NCBI GenBank assembly: GCA_037147155.1
Contig: JBAWVR010000001.1
Coordinates: 1-58,842 of the forward strand
Direction of reading: 5' to 3'
Origin: a bacterium
GTDB taxonomy: Bacteria; Patescibacteriota; Minisyncoccia; Phycocordibacterales; GWA1-40-21
Length of the DNA stretch: 58,842 bases
How positions within the stretch are numbered: position 1 is the first letter of the stretch; the number at the start of each line of letters is the position of its first letter. The translations under genes were made by a program, and so were the position numbers. Below the pieces are notes generated by a model that was given only the letters and a program-made list of their open reading frames with translations, searched no databases and was not told the DNA's origin. Below, piece by piece: positions 36,077-46,394 of the stretch.

Positions 36077-36541
36077 TTAGAAAGGAATATCCTCTGGATT
36101 AATCTCTTCGGCTGGATACTCAATGGTGTCCATGGTATCAGCCTTGGATGGTGCAGCGTGAGCTGATTCCCCTGCCTCCTTGTTGTAAGCAGATGGAGCA
36201 CCAGTGCTTGGACCTGTAGTTGGACCGAACTGGAAGTTATCTACGATAATTTCAGTGCGATACTTCTTGACCCCAGCCTGATCATCCCAGCTACGAGTCT
36301 GGATTCTACCTTCAATAAATACTCCACGGCCTTTTTTCAAATACTGAGCGATTGTTTCAGCTTGTTTGCCGAAAGCTACGATATTGTGAAATTCAGTGCT
36401 TTCTTTCTTGGCACCATTCGCATCTTTCCAGGTGCGGTTGGTAGCCATACTAAAAGAAACAACTTTGTTACCGGTCGGCAAAGCTTTGAGCTCTGGATCA
36501 CGGGTCAAGTTACCGAACAAGAAGACTTTATTGAGATACAT
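36077..36541 (-). CDS. ssb: single-stranded DNA-binding protein
   Basis: 154-aa ORF with an OB-fold N-terminus (MYLNKVFLFGNLTRDPEL) and a DIPF acidic tip. Confidence 0.9.
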   Translation of the reverse strand: MYLNKVFLFGNLTRDPELKALPTGNKVVSFSMATNRTWKDANGAKKESTEFHNIVAFGKQAETIAQYLKKGRGVFIEGRIQTRSWDDQAGVKKYRTEIIVDNFQFGPTTGPSTGAPSAYNKEAGESAHAAPSKADTMDTIEYPAEEINPEDIPF

Positions 36542-36567
36542 AGAACTTTTTGTTAGTTTATAATTAA

Positions 36568-37029
36568 TTATTCTTTAATCAATTCATCAACTGCTTTGTT
36601 GATTTCTTCTTCAGAAGCTGGCTTGTCAGTCTTTTCCTCTTTACGAGTATATTTCTTCTTTGCACCTTCTTCTGCAGCTACTAATTTTGCTCCGTACATA
36701 GTGTTCTCGCGAACAGTCTTGATCAAAAGGTAACGTAGAACGCTTTCCATTTCATCCAGACCTTTCTTGATAGCAGCCAAGTCAGAAGTTTCAGCTTCAA
36801 ACTTAACCCAACCAAAATATGCTTTGTCATACTTACGGCGTAGACCACCGATTTGTTTGACGATAGTGTAGGCCAAATCAGTCAACTTTGGACTCTCCTC
36901 AGCGATGATTTCTGCTCCGGTCAAAAGCTTCTTTAAAGCCTCAACTTGAGCTGGCACACCTTCTTCAGCGATTGAAGATACAAGGTGGTATCCTACTTCG
37001 TAAACCTGCTTCTTTTCTTTTTTTTCCAT
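36568..37029 (-). CDS. rpsF: ribosomal protein S6 with C-terminal extension
   Basis: 153-aa ORF with an S6-like N-terminal ~95 aa (YEVGYHL..., AYFGWVKFEA), in the conserved rpsF-ssb-rpsR order. Confidence 0.8.
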   Translation of the reverse strand: MEKKEKKQVYEVGYHLVSSIAEEGVPAQVEALKKLLTGAEIIAEESPKLTDLAYTIVKQIGGLRRKYDKAYFGWVKFEAETSDLAAIKKGLDEMESVLRYLLIKTVRENTMYGAKLVAAEEGAKKKYTRKEEKTDKPASEEEINKAVDELIKE

Positions 37030-37245
37030 TTAGAAAATATTATTTTTTATAAAATGTGGATCTAATCCACGGCCTATTTACTAGGGAATACAAACTTCAA
37101 AGCTTGATTCTAACTAAAACACTGGATTGTTGGAGATAGGCGTCTGCCACCCCAATAATTCCCTTATCAAAAAGAGACTGGTCCAAATGTAAAAGCTAAA
37201 GTAAGACTAACACAAAAGCTCAGATATCGCAATATAGCTTGGGTT

Positions 37246-38046
37246 TTAGAGATTTAGTCCAAAAACTCGCTTGGAAGTCTCCAAAATCTGGTGTTTAACC
37301 CAGAGAATATCCTCACCTCGAATCTCGGCAATCTTCTCCACTATTTTGTGAACATAAGCTGGTTCATTGCGTTGACCACGATATGGCACCGGAGCGACAA
37401 ACGGAGCATCGGTTTCCGCCATAATCATATTCAAAGGCATTTTCTTAATCACCTCGTCATAATTACGGGCAAAAGTAATCACACCCGTAAAGGAGATAGT
37501 AAAACCAATATCAATAAATTTCTGGGCAATTTCTGGAGTTCCAGCAAAGAAATGCATGTTCCCTCTCACTCCTTTATCCTTCAACATGTTGTAAGCATCT
37601 TCATAAGCCTGCCCAGTCGGATAATTAGGATTTTTGTTGGCGTCACGGATATGCAACATGAGTGGCTTATTGTATTTTTTGGCCAACTCGATTTGTTGAA
37701 GAAAAATGTCTTTCTGTTTTTTAATTTGTTCTTCTGGGTTATCACCAAGTCTAAAATAATCTAATCCGCACTCCCCGACTGCCACTACCTTGGGCATTTG
37801 AACTAGCTCTTCATATTTTTTGATATCAAAAATTTCCTCATGGTTTTCATCAGGGTGATATCCGATACAGGCAAAAATATCTGGATTATTTTGCGCGAGC
37901 TCTACTACTTCGCACGAGGATTGGTAGTCTGCCCCCACGGCAATAGTCGCGGTATTGTTGGCCCGCATATTGATTAAGACACCCAAACGATCGGGGCCAT
38001 AATCTTCAAATGATAGATGGGAGTGAATGTCGATGTATTCGGTCAT
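37246..38046 (-). CDS. tatD: TatD-family metal-dependent hydrolase
   Basis: 266-aa ORF: IDIHSHL, GECGLDY, MLHIRDA, ETDAPF. Confidence 0.85.
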   Translation of the reverse strand: MTEYIDIHSHLSFEDYGPDRLGVLINMRANNTATIAVGADYQSSCEVVELAQNNPDIFACIGYHPDENHEEIFDIKKYEELVQMPKVVAVGECGLDYFRLGDNPEEQIKKQKDIFLQQIELAKKYNKPLMLHIRDANKNPNYPTGQAYEDAYNMLKDKGVRGNMHFFAGTPEIAQKFIDIGFTISFTGVITFARNYDEVIKKMPLNMIMAETDAPFVAPVPYRGQRNEPAYVHKIVEKIAEIRGEDILWVKHQILETSKRVFGLNL

Positions 38047-38047
38047 A

Positions 38048-39496
38048 TTAATCCTTTCTCTGAAAGAGTGGTGTAGTGAGTGCCTTACCTTCTCGCACGG
38101 CGGTCAAAACTTTTTCGGCAGTCTCCGGCAACAGTGGCTTTAACAGTCTACCAATTTTGACCAATTCCACGAGCAAATTTTTTACATCGGTCTCCGCTGC
38201 CGCTTTATCAACTTTGATTTTCTTGAAAGGTTGTTCGCGCTGAATATAGGCATCGGAATCTTTAATCAAAGTCCAGATATAGTCCATCGCGGTATTTAAT
38301 TTGTAAGCATTAAAAGCTTCAACATATTCTTTTGGTAATTCATCATTCAAGATTCCTTCTATTTCACTATTAGGTAATAACACAGAATATGACTCGGCCA
38401 TTTTCAAAACACGGCTAGTGAGATTGCCGATACCATTGGCCAAGTTAGCATTAAAAGTCACCTTCATGGTCTCCGGAGCAAAAGAAGTATCTTCAAACGG
38501 ATGAGCTTCTCGTAACACGAAATAGCGCAAAGCTTCAGTGCCATATTCACTGATAATATCCAAAGGGTTCACCACATTACCCAATGATTTGCTCATTTTG
38601 ACTCCACCAGCACCGGTAATAAAGCCATTGATGATAATCTGCTCAGAGTTTGGTAGACCGGCAGCCATGAGCATAGCTTGCCACATCGCGGATTGCTGAC
38701 GGAGATTATCCTTGCCACAATACTGCACGACTGGCCACCATTTATTAAATTTCTCCATATCACTCGGCCAACCTACTGCTGAGATATAGTTAACCAAAGC
38801 GTCAAACCAAACATACATGACTTGATCTGTATCACCTGGCACTTCTATTCCCCAAGGCATCTTGGTCTTCAAACGAGAGATACTAAAATCAGATAAACCG
38901 CGAGAGACGAAAGATTTGATTTCATTGAGACGTGTAGCTGGGACAACAAAATCTGGTCTATCAGAATAGAGCTGCAACAATTTTTCTTGAAAAGCAGAGA
39001 ATTTGAAAAAATAGTTTTCCTCATCAATGAGTTCCAATTCCCTGTTTGGATGATCCGGACAGCGACCATTCACTAACTCACTATCGGTTTTTTCCAATTC
39101 ACAACCGACGCAATACTTAGCGGAATATTTTTTCTTGTAAATAAAACCATTTTTATCACAAAGTTGCCAAAAAGCTTGGGCGGAAGCAATGTGCCCCAGG
39201 TCGGTAGTACGAATAAAGTTGATTCCTTCCATCATCCCCAACTTTGGTAATAACATCTTGAAACGATTGGCGTAGTCATCGACATAGTCTTGAGTATCTA
39301 CTCCAGACTCTTTGGCCTTATTAAATATTTTAATACCATGTTCATCTGTACCAGTATTAAAGAACACCTCAAAACCTTGAAGCTGTTTGTAGCGAGCGAT
39401 AGCATCGGCTCTAACAAATTCTAGAGCATGCCCGAGATGCGCTTCCGAATTTACATAAGGTAGCGTTGTGGTTATATAAAAGTTTTTCTTCTGCAT
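38048..39496 (-). CDS. metG: methionyl-tRNA synthetase (short form)
   Basis: MQKKNFYITTTLPYVNSEAHLGHA (HIGH region) and KMSKSLGN are present. The ATG at 39496 was chosen because the track start at 39526 overlaps the upstream gene. Confidence 0.9.
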   Translation of the reverse strand: MQKKNFYITTTLPYVNSEAHLGHALEFVRADAIARYKQLQGFEVFFNTGTDEHGIKIFNKAKESGVDTQDYVDDYANRFKMLLPKLGMMEGINFIRTTDLGHIASAQAFWQLCDKNGFIYKKKYSAKYCVGCELEKTDSELVNGRCPDHPNRELELIDEENYFFKFSAFQEKLLQLYSDRPDFVVPATRLNEIKSFVSRGLSDFSISRLKTKMPWGIEVPGDTDQVMYVWFDALVNYISAVGWPSDMEKFNKWWPVVQYCGKDNLRQQSAMWQAMLMAAGLPNSEQIIINGFITGAGGVKMSKSLGNVVNPLDIISEYGTEALRYFVLREAHPFEDTSFAPETMKVTFNANLANGIGNLTSRVLKMAESYSVLLPNSEIEGILNDELPKEYVEAFNAYKLNTAMDYIWTLIKDSDAYIQREQPFKKIKVDKAAAETDVKNLLVELVKIGRLLKPLLPETAEKVLTAVREGKALTTPLFQRKD

Positions 39497-39506
39497 TTTA
39501 GTGTGA

Positions 39507-40724
39507 TTATTGTAGTGATTCCGCAATCAGTTTCTTGGCCTTGTTCTTGTAAGCTTGGATATCATCCATGTATTCAACAATCATGGTTACAACCGGAACA
39601 GCAATAATAAGACCAATGAAACCAGCCAATTGCCAACCCATAATCATGGAGATAATGACGAGGATAGCCGGCACTCCAACAATCTTACGGACAACCAAAG
39701 GATAAATCAAGTGGTTCTCAAACTGCTGAATAATGACGTACATACCAGTAACCAAAAGAGCCAAACCCATTCCACCGTCAACGAAGGCAAAGGAAATGCT
39801 TGGGATAGCTGAAAGAATTGGACCAAAGACTGGAATAATTTCAAACAAACCGGCCACAAAAGCCAAGAGCAGGGCATTCTTTACACCCAGGACCATGAGG
39901 CCCAGATAGACCAAGATGGCCACCATGGCGGCCAAGACTAACTGCCCCTGCATCCACAGACCAATTTTTTTACTGGAACGGCGCCAGAGGTCAAGAATAT
40001 ATTCTTCGTTTTTAAGTGGTGTAACCAATCGTAAAAAGTTTTCCAATCCATCTTCCTGAGCAGCCAAGTAAAATGACAAAACAAAAATTAAGATGATGCT
40101 AGAAATGCCACCAAAAACAATACTCAGAGTATCAAAAAGACTGCCTGACAAAACATCAGCTAAACCTTTGAAACTATTGGCAAAATCTTTTATAGCTGAG
40201 CCACTAGCAAAAAACTTTTCTCGAATCGAGGCTGACAATGGTGGATTATCTCCAGCAGAAGTGTCATTATCAGTAGCCAAACCACTGACTACTACTCCAT
40301 TTTCCAAAGCTGATTTTGTTTGATTCAAACCGGAACTAAAATTACTAACGATTTTTTGAGAGTCTGACAGAGTATTACTCAAGTTAGTAAATTTTGTGTT
40401 GTTTAAATATTCTGGAATAGTGGAAAGAAAGGATGAAGTTTCATTGAGTAGTGTTGGAACGAAGAAATAGAAGAAACCCAGAAACAAAGAAATAATCACG
40501 GCATAAACACCAATGGCAGATGGGATGCGTGGCAAACGCAAACGCATCAAAAAAAGAATGAATGGTTCAACAGCCGAAGCCAAAATAATGGAGGCGAGAA
40601 TGATTAAAGCTAAATCTTTTAAATAAAAAAGGCCAATAAGGGCAATGATTACTAAAATAGCTCGAAATATAGTTCCAGTTGTAATATGAACTGTAAACGT
40701 TTTGTTTGATAAATCTTCTTTCAT
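39507..40724 (-). CDS. AI-2E/PerM (UPF0118) family membrane transporter
   Basis: 405-aa ORF with multiple TM helices and a conserved C-terminal region (FEIIPVFGPILSAIP...). Confidence 0.7.
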   Translation of the reverse strand: MKEDLSNKTFTVHITTGTIFRAILVIIALIGLFYLKDLALIILASIILASAVEPFILFLMRLRLPRIPSAIGVYAVIISLFLGFFYFFVPTLLNETSSFLSTIPEYLNNTKFTNLSNTLSDSQKIVSNFSSGLNQTKSALENGVVVSGLATDNDTSAGDNPPLSASIREKFFASGSAIKDFANSFKGLADVLSGSLFDTLSIVFGGISSIILIFVLSFYLAAQEDGLENFLRLVTPLKNEEYILDLWRRSSKKIGLWMQGQLVLAAMVAILVYLGLMVLGVKNALLLAFVAGLFEIIPVFGPILSAIPSISFAFVDGGMGLALLVTGMYVIIQQFENHLIYPLVVRKIVGVPAILVIISMIMGWQLAGFIGLIIAVPVVTMIVEYMDDIQAYKNKAKKLIAESLQ

Positions 40725-40762
40725 GTTCTTATAATATCACGGTTTTGAGGTTTATAAAAGAA

Positions 40763-41085
40763 CCCGGTTGTGAGTTTTCAACTTGAAAAATTTTTATAGA
40801 CCAAGTCTAAATAATCTTTAATACGCCGTTTGAGCATTCTAGAGCCTTGTGAGGTCTTGAGATGTTCTTCTCGCCTAATTGCGTCCTGTTCAGATAGACA
40901 AGCTTCGTAGTATACAAGTTTCCAGGGCTGATAACGCTTGGTAGAAAAATTTTTCTTTTGATTATGTTCTTTTATTCTCCTCTGTAAATCACCGGTGTAA
41001 CCATAGTAAAACTCCTCTGGATACTTTTGACTCTGTAGAACGTAGACATAAAAGAACATAATCGAGTTGAAAATCTACAACGGGG
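40763..41085. mobile_element. family A termini enclosing a GIY-YIG ORF (copy A4)
   Basis: CCCGGTTGTGAGTTTTCAAC ... GTTGAAAATCTACAACGGGG: the outer 16 nt at each end are identical to A1-A3, and the inner stem is changed but still complementary. It abuts the TAA of the M16 peptidase gene. Confidence 0.7.
40778..41059 (-). CDS. GIY-YIG nuclease family protein (93 aa)
   Basis: MFFYVYVLQS...YYGYTGDLQRRIKEHN...PWKLVYYEAC...AIRREEHLK: GIY/YIG, Arg and Glu motifs. Confidence 0.85.
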   Translation of the reverse strand: MFFYVYVLQSQKYPEEFYYGYTGDLQRRIKEHNQKKNFSTKRYQPWKLVYYEACLSEQDAIRREEHLKTSQGSRMLKRRIKDYLDLVYKNFSS

Positions 41086-42351
41086 TTATAGCTTAAACCA
41101 CCCTTCAAAATCCTTCTCGCTTCCCTTGCCCACCATGGCTAGATTCAATTTTTCATTTTTGAAAATCTCGCGGGCTAGTTTGCGGATGTCTTCAGCTGTA
41201 ATAGACAATATTTCTTTGCGTAAATCTTTTGGGCCCTTGAGCGGTAGACTCAAAACTTCCTGATGGCCAAAATAGCTGGCGATTTCATCTGTTGATTCAA
41301 GCCCGAGTGAGATACCTCCCAACAATTGGTTCTTCACCTTGGTCAATTCTTCTTTACCAACCAAGTCATCTTTCAAGCGACGCAACTCGGCCAAAATGGC
41401 TTCGGTGGCTACCTTTAGACGAGAATTATCCAATCCTGCGGAAACAGCAAATAAACCGTGATCAGTACAAAGGTCTGGACTAGCGTGAACATAATAACAA
41501 ACGCCAAGTTCATCACGAAGCTTTCTAAATAGACGAGAACTCATACCACCAGACAAGACGCCGGCAAGAACACGAAGAATGGCCTTCTTTTTGTTATATA
41601 CATCAAAAGTACGAACTCCCAGAATAATATGGGACTGATCAGTGTCTTTATTAAAGACTTTAACTTGTGGCACAGACTGAGATTCTTTCACTTTTAATTT
41701 AGCCTGCTTCTTGGCTTGTGGCATGTCTTTGAAATACTGAGCCACTTTTTTGGCTAAAACTTTCTCATCGAAATTACCTGCCACTACCATAGTGGTAGCC
41801 TGTGGTAAATAATTTTTGGACCGATAAGCCACGAAGTCTTCTCTGGTCATCTTTCTAACAATCTCCTTTTTACCAGCAATTCCCCAACCGGCTGGCTGAT
41901 CACCATACAAAAGCTCGGTAAAAACTTCCTCCACTTTTCTCTGGGGCAAATCTTCATACATATTTATCTCCTCAACAATCACACCTTTTTCTTTTTCAAT
42001 TTCTTTTGGATCAAAGACTGGGTGAAGATACATGTCTGAAACAATATCTAAAACTTTATCCAGATGCTGCGCCTCAGCTTTGGCATAATAGCCAGTGTAT
42101 TCAGTGGAGGTGAAAGCGTTATAACGCGCGCCCAAGCCATCAAACTCTGAGCTAATATCGCTCATGTGCGGACGCTTCTCAGTACCCTTGAAACACATGT
42201 GTTCCAAGAAGTGTGAGATGCCATTATTCTCTTTGTTCTCGTATTTTGAACCAGCCTCTACCATCACGAGGACGGTAATGGTTGGATTATCCTTCATTGG
42301 CACAGTGACCAAGCGCATGCCATTTGGCAAAACTTTTCTTTTGAATTTCAT
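41086..42351 (-). CDS. M16 (pitrilysin) family zinc peptidase
   Basis: 421-aa ORF with the HFLEHMCFKGT (HxxEH) motif. Confidence 0.85.
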   Translation of the reverse strand: MKFKRKVLPNGMRLVTVPMKDNPTITVLVMVEAGSKYENKENNGISHFLEHMCFKGTEKRPHMSDISSEFDGLGARYNAFTSTEYTGYYAKAEAQHLDKVLDIVSDMYLHPVFDPKEIEKEKGVIVEEINMYEDLPQRKVEEVFTELLYGDQPAGWGIAGKKEIVRKMTREDFVAYRSKNYLPQATTMVVAGNFDEKVLAKKVAQYFKDMPQAKKQAKLKVKESQSVPQVKVFNKDTDQSHIILGVRTFDVYNKKKAILRVLAGVLSGGMSSRLFRKLRDELGVCYYVHASPDLCTDHGLFAVSAGLDNSRLKVATEAILAELRRLKDDLVGKEELTKVKNQLLGGISLGLESTDEIASYFGHQEVLSLPLKGPKDLRKEILSITAEDIRKLAREIFKNEKLNLAMVGKGSEKDFEGWFKL

Positions 42352-42383
42352 AAGGAAAGTGTAGCATAAATATTAGCCAATGA

Positions 42384-42420
42384 AAAAGCCGGGCGGATGT
42401 AGCCATCCGCCCGGCTTTTT
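42384..42420. terminator. rho-independent terminator after glyQS
   Basis: AAAAAGCCGGGCGGATG-tagc-CATCCGCCCGGCTTTTT. Confidence 0.8.
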
Positions 42421-42429
42421 CTTCTTGTT

Positions 42430-43767
42430 TTACCCTAATTTGGTCTTCAAGTATTCTACCAATTTATCCATTTCTACTCTCTCCTGCTCACCAGTATCGC
42501 GATTACGCACAGTGACTCCAGCATTCTTCTCTACAGTATCAAAGTCTACAGTCACACAGTAAGGAGTACCGATTTCATCCTGACGGCGATAGCGCTTACC
42601 GATATTACCATTATCATCAAACTCTACTGCACCCACTTCTTTTCTCAGTGTTTGATAGACCTCTCTCGCCTTCTCAATCAAAGCTGGCTTGTTTTTGAGT
42701 AGTGGAAATACTGCCACTTTGATTGGGGCAACAGTGCTGGCAAATTTCAAATATGAGCGAACTTCACCACCCAATTCATCTTCGGTATAAGCATCGGACA
42801 AAATCGCGAGCACTGTACGATCCAAACCAAATGAAGGCTCAACACAATGTGGCACAAATTTTACCGGAGACTGACCTGGCACAGAATTTTCTTCATCCAA
42901 ATATTCAAGAGCCACTTTGGAAGCGGCCATATGACGGCCAAGGTCATAGTCGGTACGATAAGCCAAACCATACAATTCTTTCTGACCAAAAGGAAAATCA
43001 AATTCAAAATCTATTGTTCGCTTGGAATAAAAGGCACGGTCTGATTCTGGGATTTCATGTTCATGGACATGATCTTTTCTTAGACCAACCAATTCACACC
43101 ATTTAAGCATTTCAATTCTAAATTCTTCAAAGGCGCGCAAACCATCATCTGGTCGCACCATATATTCAATTTCCATTTGTTCAAATTCGCGAGAACGGAA
43201 AGTGAAGTCACGTGGAGCAATCTCATTACGAAAAGCCTTACCAACTTGAGCCATACCAAAAGGTAGTTTTGGATGGAAAGAGTCCACAATATTTTTGTAG
43301 TTCACAAACATACCCTGAGCGGTTTCTGGACGGAGGTATGAGACGGAGTCTTCATCTTGCATCGCACCCACATGAGTTTTAAACATCATGTTGAATTGTC
43401 TCTCCTCACCTAGTTCACCACCACACTCCGGACACTTCTTTCTATCTTCCAAAGTATCAGTACGAAAACGCTTTTTACATTTTTTACAATCAGCCATCGG
43501 GTCAGAAAAACCACCGACATGTCCGGTCGCCTTCCAAACTTCTTGATTCATAAGAATGGCCGCATCTACGCCATACATGTCTTCACGGTTATCAACAAAC
43601 ATCTTCCACCACAACTGGCGGACGTTATTCTTCAAAGTAACACCGAGTGGGCCATAGTCCCAAGTACCAGAGAGCCCGCCGTAGATTTCAGAGCCAGGAA
43701 AGATAAAACCGCGTCGCTTACAAAGCGAAATGATCTTCTCCATTTTATTGTCTTGTTTTTCAGCCAT
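42430..43767 (-). CDS. glyQS: glycyl-tRNA synthetase, dimeric class II type
   Basis: MAEKQDNKMEKIISLCKRRGFIFPGSEIYGG is a canonical GlyRS N-terminus. The ATG at 43767 avoids overlap with the upstream gene (track start 43806). Confidence 0.9.
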   Translation of the reverse strand: MAEKQDNKMEKIISLCKRRGFIFPGSEIYGGLSGTWDYGPLGVTLKNNVRQLWWKMFVDNREDMYGVDAAILMNQEVWKATGHVGGFSDPMADCKKCKKRFRTDTLEDRKKCPECGGELGEERQFNMMFKTHVGAMQDEDSVSYLRPETAQGMFVNYKNIVDSFHPKLPFGMAQVGKAFRNEIAPRDFTFRSREFEQMEIEYMVRPDDGLRAFEEFRIEMLKWCELVGLRKDHVHEHEIPESDRAFYSKRTIDFEFDFPFGQKELYGLAYRTDYDLGRHMAASKVALEYLDEENSVPGQSPVKFVPHCVEPSFGLDRTVLAILSDAYTEDELGGEVRSYLKFASTVAPIKVAVFPLLKNKPALIEKAREVYQTLRKEVGAVEFDDNGNIGKRYRRQDEIGTPYCVTVDFDTVEKNAGVTVRNRDTGEQERVEMDKLVEYLKTKLG

Positions 43768-43798
43768 GTGTTTTATTTTGTAAATTAAATAGATAATT

Positions 43799-45730
43799 TT
43801 ATTCACTCACCTGACCTGTTGCCTGCCCGGCAGCTGCCTCAACAGTCAAAGCCGTGGTCAAAGATGAGATATTAAAGAAAATCTGTGTACCTGCAAAGTT
43901 ATCTATACCACGAACGACACTTTCTTTCAACAAAATCGGATTTTGACCAATCTGTGAAATACTTGGGGAAAAGGCTATCTGGAAGGAAGCAGTGCGTGGA
44001 GCGGAGGTTTTACCTGTACCAGCTGGCACTTTGCCGGCTGTCCAAATCACGTATCCTGTCTCTTGGTTATAGGTAACATCCTCTCCTTGTGGGCTTACAG
44101 ATCCAGTCCACTTAACATATGAAGGTAAAATAGCCGAAACCGTCACCCCATCGATATCATTGTCAGAATTAATTAGTGACCAAGTGATAGTGTAGGTTGT
44201 TTCCGTGTCAGCTTTTGGTGGAATTGGACCAGTATTAACAAATGGTCCAGTCTTGTAGGAATTTGTAGCTGTTAAACTTAAGTTAGAACCGATCTTAATT
44301 TTTTTAACACCTAACATATTTACTTGATCGATAGAATTATTATCATCGCGTAAAGCTTTGGCTGAAACATCAATAGTCATTTCTTGTTTTGTACTACCAG
44401 CGGGAACGCTCAAACTAAATGAGAAACTAACGTGACGCTCTTCACCAGAAGACATTTCGTCCAATCCTGCCATGGTTTCTGGAGAAAAAGTAATCGTATT
44501 GTCAGACGAGCGATAAAAACCATCGTTAGCACTGACAGAATTCTTATCGATCATATTGCCATTAAATTTTACTACAATTTCAGCATTGGTCAGTTTGCCC
44601 GGTAAATTATTTGACCAAGACAAATCAGCTCGTAAAAGTTTATTTGGACGAGTCACGATAGCTACTCCCGTATCTCCATCAATGGACAAAACTGTACCGA
44701 TAAAAGGTCTCTCCAGAACTATCGACTTACTGACGGCCACAAAATTTGTTGCTATGGTCATCTCATCAGCTTGGCTATGTGAACCAACATTAAATTTAAA
44801 TATTCTTTCCTCTCCATCTTGTCCACTCAACGCGCCAGAAATTTTTATTTTTCTAACGGCTCCAACCTCGAGATCACCCAAGTTCCAAATATTGCGACTG
44901 AAGGCTGAAGGCTGAGAAGTTTTGAAAGTAAAACCCGTTGGAAAAATTGATTGCAACAAAACTCCACGAAGGACTTGTCGGGAATTTGATTTAACTTCAA
45001 TGGTAAAGTCCAGATTTTGTCCTGAAGTTATCTTCTCGTTGGCACTAATATTTACACTAATTGGGGAGGAACTGATCAAAACATCATAGTCCTTCTCTTT
45101 ATGGAAAACGGCATTTGATCCTTTGACTCGATATTCAACTGAAACTTTAATTGTCTTCTTTTCAGCTTCTGACCCATACAAAACGGCTTTGTAGTTTTTT
45201 TCAACTAGACTACCGGCAGGAACTACGCCGTCAGTGCCAAGAAGGCCCAAGACGCGCTTAATTTCCTTGGTTTGGTCGTTAACCTCTCTTGTGCCATCTG
45301 GATACTCCAGAGACAAATCAGTGGCTTGCAGATCAGTAGAATTATTGTTTTTTATAACTACATTAAACGACATTGGGTCGCCTGCAGAGACAGAAGTTGG
45401 ACCGGTAACGAAAATATCCACCTTATCACCAGAAACAAAACTAGAGCCTCCAAAGAAATTAAATAGAGCAATACCAATAGCAAAAATACAGAAAAGGATT
45501 GAACCAATAAATATTTTTACTACCATGGAGGATTGGGGTTTGTTAGACATTTGAGAATTTTGTTCGATAACTGGAGGAATATTATCAATAATCGGTTTGT
45601 CACTATCATCCCAAGCTGTTGGAGCTTTGGCCATATCTGGCTGCAAGCCGTGACGTTTATTTAAATCCAAAACTTTATCACTACGGCTATAAAGTCCCTG
45701 TTTAATTTTATCAAGTTTGTTCTGTTCCAT
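43799..45730 (-). CDS. hypothetical membrane-anchored protein with beta-rich extracellular repeats
   Basis: 643-aa ORF with one TM helix near residue 70, followed by repeated Ig-like/DUF11-like segments. No confident family. Confidence 0.45.
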   Translation of the reverse strand: MEQNKLDKIKQGLYSRSDKVLDLNKRHGLQPDMAKAPTAWDDSDKPIIDNIPPVIEQNSQMSNKPQSSMVVKIFIGSILFCIFAIGIALFNFFGGSSFVSGDKVDIFVTGPTSVSAGDPMSFNVVIKNNNSTDLQATDLSLEYPDGTREVNDQTKEIKRVLGLLGTDGVVPAGSLVEKNYKAVLYGSEAEKKTIKVSVEYRVKGSNAVFHKEKDYDVLISSSPISVNISANEKITSGQNLDFTIEVKSNSRQVLRGVLLQSIFPTGFTFKTSQPSAFSRNIWNLGDLEVGAVRKIKISGALSGQDGEERIFKFNVGSHSQADEMTIATNFVAVSKSIVLERPFIGTVLSIDGDTGVAIVTRPNKLLRADLSWSNNLPGKLTNAEIVVKFNGNMIDKNSVSANDGFYRSSDNTITFSPETMAGLDEMSSGEERHVSFSFSLSVPAGSTKQEMTIDVSAKALRDDNNSIDQVNMLGVKKIKIGSNLSLTATNSYKTGPFVNTGPIPPKADTETTYTITWSLINSDNDIDGVTVSAILPSYVKWTGSVSPQGEDVTYNQETGYVIWTAGKVPAGTGKTSAPRTASFQIAFSPSISQIGQNPILLKESVVRGIDNFAGTQIFFNISSLTTALTVEAAAGQATGQVSE

Positions 45731-45751
45731 AATACTTCCGATATTATATCA

Positions 45752-46351
45752 CTAAAGTTGAGTTTCTTTAAGTGCGTCATTGATTTTCTGTACAGCCAAA
45801 CGACGCTGTTTGGTGAAATTGTTTATTTCTTCAATTTTCCATTCATGGGTTGAGATAAAAGGTTCAAGTTCCCTCTCTTCTCCGAAATAACCGAGGACAC
45901 GCAGGATTCTAATCACCATGAGTACTTCCAAATCCATCAGCTGTTGTGGAGACAATTTTTCCGCTTCATAGCGAATAAAATCAAAAAAGGTTTTGAGTAG
46001 AGTGAATAATTCCTGATGGGCTTCTTCACCAGTGGTTAGGCGACGGATCAAACTCAAGATTTTGACCCATAAAACAAAGCCGGGATTTTTGACTGATAGT
46101 TTATGATGATGGTCAAATTCCTTGCGAGCACCAGTCAGACGCCAGACTTCTTTACCACGAACCAACGACACCTCAATCAAAGAAAAATCGACTAGACTGT
46201 ATCGGAGCTTGGATTTGAGATGGCGAATACCAGTCGCTACTGCTCCCACCAAGCCAAATCTTTCGGTCAGCAAAAAAACAAAGAGACTGGATTCCCCTTG
46301 AGTACGACTGGCTAGGACTATGGCTTCGGTGTGGTATTTGCTGTGGGACAT
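45752..46351 (-). CDS. recO: DNA repair protein RecO
   Basis: MSHSKYHTEAIVLASRTQGESSLFVFLLTERFGLVGAVATGIRHLKSK is a RecO-like OB-fold N-terminus. The ATG at 46351 was chosen (track start 46378). Confidence 0.65.
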   Translation of the reverse strand: MSHSKYHTEAIVLASRTQGESSLFVFLLTERFGLVGAVATGIRHLKSKLRYSLVDFSLIEVSLVRGKEVWRLTGARKEFDHHHKLSVKNPGFVLWVKILSLIRRLTTGEEAHQELFTLLKTFFDFIRYEAEKLSPQQLMDLEVLMVIRILRVLGYFGEERELEPFISTHEWKIEEINNFTKQRRLAVQKINDALKETQL

Positions 46352-46394
46352 AAAAACAAAATCAAAATTAAAAAGCAAAAATCAAAATTGTGGA

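Noticed and set aside
37030-37245. Possible rpsF (S6) leader or ncRNA in the 216-bp spacer, including the GTGGAT-tag-ATCCAC hairpin
   Set aside because: I could not match it to a known ribosomal-protein leader by eye, and it may simply be the tatD terminator plus the rpsF promoter. The evidence is insufficient for a call.
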